Positions 52,598 through 64,000 of a stretch of DNA of 64,000 nucleotides are shown here, one piece after another. The translations under genes were made by a program, and so were the position numbers. The notes beneath the pieces are model-generated. The model made no database searches. It was not told where the DNA came from and worked only from the letters and a program-made list of their open reading frames with translations. The stretch lies in assembly GCF_009914755.1 (NCBI RefSeq), contig NC_060932.1; one strand, given 5' to 3'. Numbering within the stretch: position 1 is the first letter of the stretch; the number at the start of each line of letters is the position of its first letter. This DNA comes from the human T2T-CHM13v2.0 reference genome, Homo sapiens.

Positions 52598-52868
52598 TTA
52601 AGGGAAAAAGAGTATTTTTTCCTAACGCGGTTGTATAGTGGTTATTTAAATGTTGTTCTAGAATGAGAAAGAGAAAAGTGTACAACTGAATGGATATAAC
52701 AAGCTGTAAAAGGTCCATGGAAAAGAGAAAGAGAATCTTATCTCACGTGGTCAAACTTGTCAAGATGAAATGGATTTACTTATAAGGTATTAGAATGAGC
52801 CTTAATGTCAACAGTGCACTGATGCAAAATTAGAATTTGGTTTTCTCTCTCTTAAAAGTGACAACATT

Positions 52869-53483
<615 letters not shown>

Positions 53484-53673
53484 TGACAACATATTTTTGA
53501 ATTATTGGTCTGCTTCTAATAAAAGGTCATAGTAGGTTTTTCTTTACTTTTTAAATAATCCATCTAGGAAACAGATTCTGTGTTTCATCAGAATAATTTG
53601 TTGTGTTATCTTTATCATCTCCTCAATTATTTAAGAGAAGTGAGTTTTCTTCCTTTTAAAAGCTAGGCTTTGG

Positions 53674-53825
53674 GGCTGGGTACAGTGGCTCACATCTGTA
53701 ATCCCAGCACTTTGGGAGGACAAGGTGGGAGGGTTGCTTGAGGCCAGGAGTTTGAGGTTACAGTGAGTCATAATCACAATACTTCACTACAGCCTGGGCA
53801 ACAGATAAAAAATAAAAATAAAAAT
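53674..53825 (+). mobile_element. FRAM/FAM-like Alu monomer
   Basis: Single monomer with A tail. Confidence 0.8.
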
Positions 53826-54308
53826 CTAAGCTTTGTTTTTTTGTTTTTAAATCATGTTACCTTCTATAGTTACCTTTAAAATATTTTATTGTCACTTTGG
53901 TTAGATATTATTTCATGGTGACCTATGATCAAGTGTTTAAACCTTTTGACATTTTGACAACTTATGATATATTGCCTTCCCAAAACCAAATCCTAAATGA
54001 AATCTGTAATTCAAACTGACTTAGATTTCTCAGAGGCCTCCTGGAAAATCTCAAAGGATTTGTTCTTTTACCTTCTAAAAACAGGAATGTTCAAAAATCA
54101 TTAGTTTTTTTGATGTGTCAAATTACATGAAAATCTTTGTTAAATAGAAGTGATAATCTTCTTTGTGTTATATTTGCATGAGAAATAATTATTAATATAA
54201 ATATTTCAGGAAAGTTATAAAATACCAAGAAATATATTAAATTTTTTGCCACCCATGATAATTCTTAATGCTGCTTTGGCTGATAGTAGAAAATAATGAT
54301 GTAATTTT

Positions 54309-54735
54309 TGACAAAAAGAGTCAAACTCTGTAAAATATTTGAAAAGATTTATTCTGAGCCAAATATGAGTGACCATGGTCCATGACACAGCCTTCAGGAG
54401 GGCCTGAGAACATGTGCCCAAGGTGGCTAGGGTGCAGCTTGGTTTCATACATTTTAGGGAGGCATGAGACATCAATCAAATACATTTAAGAAATACATTG
54501 GTTTGGTCCAGAAAGGAAGGACAACTCGAAGCAGAGGTCGGGGGAGGCCTCCAGGCTACAGGTAAATTTAAACATTTTCTGGTTGACCATTGGTTGAATT
54601 TGTCTAAAGACCTGGGATTGATAGAAAGGAAATGTTCAGGTTAAGATAAAAGTTTGTGGAGACCAAGGTTCCTTTGAAGTCTTATAGTGGCTGCCCTTAG
54701 AGGCAATAGATGACAAATGTTTCCTATTCAGATCT
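54309..54735 (-). mobile_element. MER4E-type LTR, partial
   Basis: aaaagagtcaaactctgtaaaatatttgaa...atttattctgagccaaatatgagtgacc; colinear with 62949-63379. Confidence 0.88.
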
Positions 54736-54813
54736 GAGCCATTTCACAGTGTGTATAGAATCAGGTATGACCAGTTTTATGGAACTAAGGTTGACTTATG
54801 GAGCCACTATTCA

Positions 54814-55678
<865 letters not shown>

Positions 55679-57319
55679 CTATAGGTACAGCATGTAAAGT
55701 CTAATGTTGAGTTCTTGGTTTGGCTTCATGGCCCCAATAGGCTTTTAAAATCTAATGTGAGATTCCTTATAACAGTTGCTACAAAACAAACTTTAATAGA
55801 CCTATGTAGTCAATTACTATTCTTGCTGCACTTAGGTAAATAATCAGGCCACAATGAGATAAGACTTATTTTGTAAACAAGAATAATACTACTTTAATTA
55901 TCTGATCAGAGAAGGAGGTGACTGTGTAGAGATTTTATGCTGCCATAGAAAACTGTAACACATTCTTATGGGTTATCAGATTCTAGTCCTGTTCGTTATT
56001 TTTAAAGTGTTATTATCTAACTGTGTATTGGACTGCACCATGCCCCTTGCATACTTTGTCAGACCTCACCAGTTCTCCATTCTTCTATCTTCCTTCAATT
56101 TCTGGTCACCACCCTCCAAATTAACATTTCCAAATGTTCTCCTACCCTCTTGACTTGGCATCACTAAATACTGGGATCTGACTACACAGATCTTTATTTG
56201 GGACCCTAGCTTTTCTTGTAGCTGCCCCTTTCCACAAAGGATCTGTAAAAGTCCTGCAAGCTGAAGCTGGTTGGCTTGATAAAAACTTCAAAGGACTCAT
56301 CACAGCAGATCACATATGGGATGTCATCACCAAAGACATTCAAATTACAAACTGGAAAATCCACTGGATTGACATTGCCATTCTCATTCCACTGTCTATA
56401 AATATTGCAAACCCAATGTTTAATTTCTGGACTCAGAAATTTCATCTTTTTTTTCATTCATTCATCTTTTTCTTTTGTTTTCTCCCTCTATGTTCTTCTT
56501 TCTCTTTGACAATTGATTATCTCACAACTTCTAGCCCAAGCCTTCTGTCTACAGTAATCAGCCCAGCTTCTTGTTTGTGAAATTTCTGAGGAAGTTTCAA
56601 GTGTTATAAATAAAGGGATTATCAGCCTGCCAATGTGGCATAAAAATTACTATAAACTGAAAACATTTGAACAATCAGCAGCCATGGATAAAAACATTAT
56701 CTAAACTTAAAGAGAGCCTCCAGAAAATACAGCTGCCATTGACCACCACCCACCCCAAAAGGAGTTTCCTGTTTGGGAGAAGTTTGACCCTTTTGGGAGA
56801 AGACTGGGGGAAGTGTGAATTCAGCTGCTCATTAGCATGAAAAAGACCAATAGAACCTTTCATGCTTTCTCACTAAAGCCCTAGCCCCTTTCTTCTTTTT
56901 TGTTAAGCCAGTATGTAAACTTTTATCTGTGGCTATTCAGTGAGTTACTCATTACTGAGTACTCCCACATGCATAATACATCTTCTCCTGTTAATCTGTC
57001 TATTGTGAGTCTTGACTAGTCAGACCTAAGTGGATAGAGGAAAAGTCTCTTTCCCAACATCAATAATTATTGTCTAAAAGAGACTAGTCAAGAAATAGGG
57101 AGGTATATCATAAGCATATTGTCTATAGTTATAAAGATAACCAGTAGAAGACCTCAAAAACATATTTAAGAGATTTTTTTGAGGAAATGGGAATGGGGTT
57201 TGAGAAGACAGAGGAGGGACAGTTCACATGTTTTTCATCATAAACTCTTCCCTAGTATCTGATTTCTTGATATGCATATATTACTTTGATAAAAAGAAAA
57301 TGGAAGGAGTGAAATGCAG

Positions 57320-58249
<930 letters not shown>

Positions 58250-58298
58250 AGAGGAAATGTGCAGCTGTACATGAAAAAGGTGTTCATATCTTCATATG

Positions 58299-59344
58299 CA
58301 GTCATGTGTCACCTGACATTTCAGGCAGTGATCGATCTACTGATGTCTTGATGATCTTGACCCTGCATAGGCCTAGGCTAATGTGTGTGTCTGTCTTAGT
58401 TTTTACCAAAAATCTTTCAAAGTTTTTAAAATTTCATAAATAGAAAAAAGCTTACAGAATAAGGAAATAAAGAAAGAAAATATTTGTGTACAGTGGTACA
58501 ATGTGTTTGTGTTATATGCTGTTATTGCAAAAAAAGTCATAATGTTTAAAAAATAAAATGTTTATTGTTAAAAACTTACAGTAAGCTAAGGTTAATTTAT
58601 TATTGAAGAAAAATACCTTTTATAAACTTAGTGAAGCCTAAGTGTACAGTGTTTATAAAATCTATAGTAGTGTACAGTAAAATCCTGGGCCCTCACATTC
58701 ACTCAACCCTCACTCACTGACTCACTCAGAGCAACTTCCATTCCTGCAAGCTTCATTCACGGTAAGTGCCCTGCATAGATGTACCTTTTTAAAAATCTTT
58801 TTTTTTTTGAGACAGAGTCTTGCTCTGTTTCCCAGGCTGGAGTGCAGGGGTGCAATCTTGGCTCACTGCAACTTCTGCCTCCAGAGTTCAAGCAATTCTG
58901 ATGCCTCAGCCTCCTGAGTAGCTAAGATTACAGACGTGCATCACCACGCCTGGCTATTTTTTGTATTTTCAGTAGACAGTGTTTCGCCCTGTTGCCCAAG
59001 CTGGTCTCAAACTCCTGGCCTCATGTGATTTGCCCACCTCAGCCTCCCAAAGTGCTTGGATTACAGGCGTGAGCCACCGCACCCGATCTAAAAATCTTTT
59101 ATACCACATTTTACTGTACCTTTTCTATGTGTAGGTAAGTTTAGATACACAAATACTTATGACTGTGTTCCAGTTGCCCACAGTGTTCAATGCAGTAACA
59201 TGCAATACAGGTTTGTAGCCCTGAAGAAATAGGCTATATCATATAGCCTAGGTGAGTAATAGGCTATATACCATCTAGACAAAATGATAAAATCGCTTAA
59301 TGATGCATTTCTCAAGATGTACCCCATTAAGCGATGCATAACTG
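58299..59344. mobile_element. Tigger3 (Golem)-type TcMar DNA transposon with an internal antisense AluS (58798-59088)
   Basis: TIRs cagtcatgtgtcac / gcgatgcataactg followed by TA; cactcactgactcac(t)cagagcaacttcca internal motif. Confidence 0.9.
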
Positions 59345-60039
59345 TATTTCATCTGGCAGTTTGCTCCTCACTATTCCCAGCCCTTCAATGAACTTTCCAT
59401 AAAACTCTAAGCACAAGAAATTTACATCCCAAGGGACTCACATCTGGGCAAGTGTCCCAACAGAGTATGGGGTAGATGTGGAAATTGATTAAGATTTCAA
59501 ACTCCAGCCCAAATGTTAAGTGCATATTCAATTGCAAATGTGCCTGCTTTGCATTCCCTCAGGCACTAGTGTGGTATTCATGTGCTAATCAGAACTCACC
59601 AAAACAATGTTGTTCATCAGTAACTAAAATCTGTACAAATTGTTAATGCAGAGAAACTTTCAAGGAGCCAAAAGGGAACATACTTCAAAGTGAAGAAGCA
59701 GCTTCTAGTTAATTATGAAAAATGCAATTCCCCACCTCCTCCTCATGTATGCCTTTCTTTGGACTATTGAAGGATTTGTGCACAAGATAAACCTGGGCTT
59801 GCAAAGCTTCACCTCCACACAAATTTCCCAGGGCTGTGTTAGCCTCTGTGGCTTTGTTGAACTGTGGGCACTGCCCAATTTCATACACTTGGGCTTTTTT
59901 AAAAGAAAATCCAGAAACTTAAGGATCTATCCCCAGAAGTTTACAAATATTCTAGTTCTCAGTACCCTTAGTATCTCAGTAATTTTTTTTTACAGCATCT
60001 TAGACCGAAAGAAGTACCTAACAATTTGGTTATTTAAGT

Positions 60040-61025
60040 AGTTGGTTCCCAAACCACTCAGTACATCTTTATGTTCTAATAACTTAATCACAATTTGCAA
60101 AAATAATACTCATAAGTTGAAAGAAAGATAATATTTCATTCTTAACCGCGGCTATGTACTCCTGGGATGTGTGGCTGACACTGCCCAGCTTTCAGACCTT
60201 GGAATCGGATGGGACACCTTCACCCTCATTTCCTGTTTCCCATTGATTTTTCACATAGTCCTTTTTTACTGCAGCAACAGAAAACACAACCTTTCAATGA
60301 TATGATACCACCAAAATGAATTCGTGTACTCAAGCTGGTAACTCATGATGTATCTGACAGATGTCAAGTTTCTCCCAAATTTCACAATTTCCCACAGTGC
60401 TCCTGTTGCTGGTGGGCCAGTTAAGGTTCTTGACTTCACCACATAGAAGAATTTGAGAGTGAGTCCGAAGTGAAAATAGGTAAAGAAGTTTATTGCAAAG
60501 CGCAAGTACAGTTTGATAGCTGGATCACAGCAGGCTGCTCAAGCATGAGCCTGCACTGTCTGGCTCTGAGGAACTTGCGTTTGTGAGAGATTTACATGAT
60601 TATTCATAAAAGGACAGGAAGGGCTGTTGTGATTAAGTATGTTGTGGGTGGTTTCTTAGGCTTACATGCACAGTGGCTGTATATGCTAGCCCATACATCA
60701 CATGTCTCATTAGCATTTTAATTCTCCACCCAAGGATGTGTTTTTTACTATTATAATGAGTGTCGGTCAGTCCAAGGAAACTAATCATGGGTTTCTGCGT
60801 TTGTACAAGTTTGGGGATTTTCACTTCTTTTTCTTTACCTCCTTGCTGCAGGATCTTCTAACCAGGAGCCCAGGATGCGTTGTGCACTGATGGGCAGTTT
60901 GTTCTCTCCATCTATTTGGCAAGTTTGTTCCCCTTTAAGGGAGGCTGTGATCACCCTACCTAACCTACTTCACTCCTACCAGTTCATTGTGATGCCTGAG
61001 ATGGGTGGGCACATAGTTTAGGAAG
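60040..61025. mobile_element. MER119 (hAT-Charlie) interrupted by an LTR
   Basis: accttggaatcggatgggacaccttcaccctcatttcctgtt; resumes after 60972 with gcacatagtttaggaa. Confidence 0.75.
60404..60972 (-). mobile_element. ERV1 solo LTR (family not resolved)
   Basis: TG...CA ends, perfect 4-bp TSD ctcc, antisense AATAAA near 60489-60494. Confidence 0.85.
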
Positions 61026-61051
61026 AACTTTTTTTCTTTTAATCTTATAAC

Positions 61052-61512
61052 CGTAAGTTCATAAGGAAAGAACTTTTATCTAAGGCATTCGAATCCTTTT
61101 AAATTATCAGGCCCAGAGAGGCATTAAAATGAGACAGCAATCACATCCTACCTTCCCCCTTTTTGAAGCTGTGTATTCGTTTACTGAAATTGCTTGATAT
61201 TATCACAACAGCATTATCAGGCTATTATAAATTAACCTAATAATGCCATACTGAACTCTATAACACACATTCTAGAGCTTAACAATGTATAGCCAATGAG
61301 TAACTTGCATTATTTTAATGTAAATTATTGGTAAACAACTCAGGAACTGCTTCATCTTTCCCTTTAACAATCCATTTGTAACTGCTGCTGAACAGAGTGC
61401 ATATCCAGAGCAACTGGAATCTGTGATCCCTGGTTGCAATCCTCAAGCTTGGCCCAATAAACCCTCTACTTACATTCCTTTTTGCCTCAGCTTCTTTCTT
61501 TCAGGTTGGCAC
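61052..61512 (+). mobile_element. MER65-type ERV1 solo LTR
   Basis: tttaaattatcaggcccagagaggcattaaaatg; ataaattaacctaataatgcc; cccaataaaccctc. Confidence 0.82.
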
Positions 61513-61706
61513 AGAGCTACTCTGTGGTCATACTCAGGTTTTTGGAAAGTTAAATAGATCGTGTCAAGTGGCAGATGATGGGAATTTGGGGACTTCATCT
61601 TAATACCAAGTAATCAGGAATTTCCAGAAATCTATACATCTAAATTTTAATGTTATCAGTAGAAGATTGTTATAGCAAAAACTCCTGGATTTAAAATACC
61701 TCTTGC

Positions 61707-62052
<346 letters not shown>

Positions 62053-62126
62053 TCAAAGAACATATAAACTAGGAGGCATGACAGAGAAAAGATAGCTCAA
62101 CTCCTCCATTTAAAAATAGAGGGCCC

Positions 62127-62501
<375 letters not shown>

Positions 62502-62597
62502 CTATCTCCTCAAAAACAAAAACCAACAAAAGAAAGAAAGAAAGAAAGACAATTTTAAAAAATTCAACTGGTTAGATAGATGGAAAAAAAAAAGTAA

Positions 62598-62868
62598 TTT
62601 TTTTTTTTGAGACAGGGTCTCACTCTGTTGTCCAGGTAAGAGTGCAGTGGCACAATCTTGGCTCACTGCAAACTCTGCCTCCCAGGTTCAAGCCATTCTC
62701 ATGCCTCAGGCCCCCTAGTAGCTGGGACTAAGGTGTGCACCACCATGCCTGGCTAATTTTTGTATTTTTAGTAGACACAAAGTTTTACCATGCTGGCCAG
62801 GCTAGTCTTGAGCTCCTGGCCTCAAGTGATCCACCCAGCTTGGCCTCCCAAGTGCTGGGATTACAGGC
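62598..62868 (-). mobile_element. AluJ/S, 5' end clipped
   Basis: Antisense dimer. Confidence 0.92.
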
Positions 62869-62948
62869 AAAAGAAAATTTTAAAACGAGAATAACTAACA
62901 TTGTTTAGCTCTTATATACGTCGGTCACTATTCTAAGTACTTTACTAC

Positions 62949-63706
62949 TGTCAATGAAAAGAATTGAACTCTATAAAGTATTTGAAGAGGTTTATTCTGA
63001 GCCAAATACCAGTGACCATGGCCTGTGACACAGCCTTCAGGAGGTCCTGAGTACCTGTGCCCAAGGTGGTTGGGGCGCAGCTTGGTCTTACACATTTTAG
63101 AGAGGCATGAGACATCAATCAAATACATTTAAGAAATACATTGGTTTGATCCAGAAAGGTGGGACAACTCAAACCAAGTTGGTGGGGGTGGGGTGTTCCA
63201 GGTTACAGGTGAATTTAAAATTTTCTGGTTGACAATTAGTTGAATATGTCTAAAGACCTGAGGTTGGTAGAAAGGGAATGTTCAGGTTAAGATAAAGATT
63301 GTGGAGACCAAAGTTCTTTGAAGTCTTATAGTGGCTGCCCTTGGAGACAATAGATGACAAATGTTTCCTATTCAGATCTTAGTTAATCTCTTTAGGATTG
63401 GGAGGGTCCAGAAGAAAAAGATCTAGCTTTGTTAATAGAGATTCTTTACAGATGCAAATTCTACCCCCAAAGAACAGCTTTGCAGGGCCGTCTCAAAATA
63501 CGGCAAAGAAACATGTTGTGGGATAAAATATTTTGATTTTCTTCCTTGTCTCATAATGTTATGCCAGAGTCAGGTTGGAAAGTGAGTCATGGTATACAGG
63601 GCTAAATAAAACCCATCTGATGAGAATTTATGATTGGTAGGGCATGACTCCCCAGACCACTTAGATAGGAATTTGGGCCAGATAAAAAATCAGAGTTTAG
63701 TCCTGA
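62949..63706 (-). mobile_element. MER4E-type solo LTR inserted in a MIR (~62890-62948 and 63707-63885)
   Basis: Full LTR with perfect 4-bp TSD ctac; MIR sequence continues on both sides. Confidence 0.9.
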
Positions 63707-63958
63707 CTACATTAACTCATTAATTCACATTGCAACCTCATGAAATGCTATAATTGTTCTTATTTTACATACGAGTAAACTAAGACACAAAAAGCCTAAA
63801 ATATTTGCCCAGAAACACACAACCAGCAAGTGGAGGAACAGGCATCAAACTCCAGCCCATCTGGCCCCAAAGCGCAAGTTCTTCTTCAAATGGAAAACAG
63901 AGCCTGAGAAGATTTTTCTCTAAATATTTAATTCAGTCCTTAATAATTTACAAAGTGC

Positions 63959-64000
63959 TTTATTATTTATTTATTTATTGAGACTGAGTTCACTCTTGTT
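63959..64000 (-). mobile_element. Alu 3' end (runs off the window)
   Basis: (TTTA)n followed by gagactgagttcactcttgtt. Confidence 0.8.

Overview
Primate genomic DNA, very probably human (it carries an AluYa5 with all five diagnostic bases). The window is almost entirely interspersed repeats. I found no protein-coding exon, tRNA, rRNA or CRISPR array, and the ORF-track entries I could assign derive from L1, Alu, hAT fossils or simple repeats. I see no evidence of a new biological system. Contents: about 45 Alu/FLAM copies, several L1s (one full-length L1PB1 with TSDs), L2/MIR/HAL1 relics, MaLR and ERV LTRs, a two-LTR MER34-type proviral relic and several DNA transposons. Most notable: (1) two inverted L1PA7/8-type copies about 13-15 kb apart that are 99.4% identical over at least 1.07 kb but only about 90% identical in the next 200 bp, which suggests recent gene conversion and a candidate recurrent inversion; (2) one of these copies is a U6 snRNA/L1 chimera, possibly with a ~235 bp 3' transduction; (3) two different, long, fragmented hAT (Blackjack-like) transposase fossils. 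Repeat family names come from recalled consensus sequences, not a database search, and boundaries of old elements are approximate.
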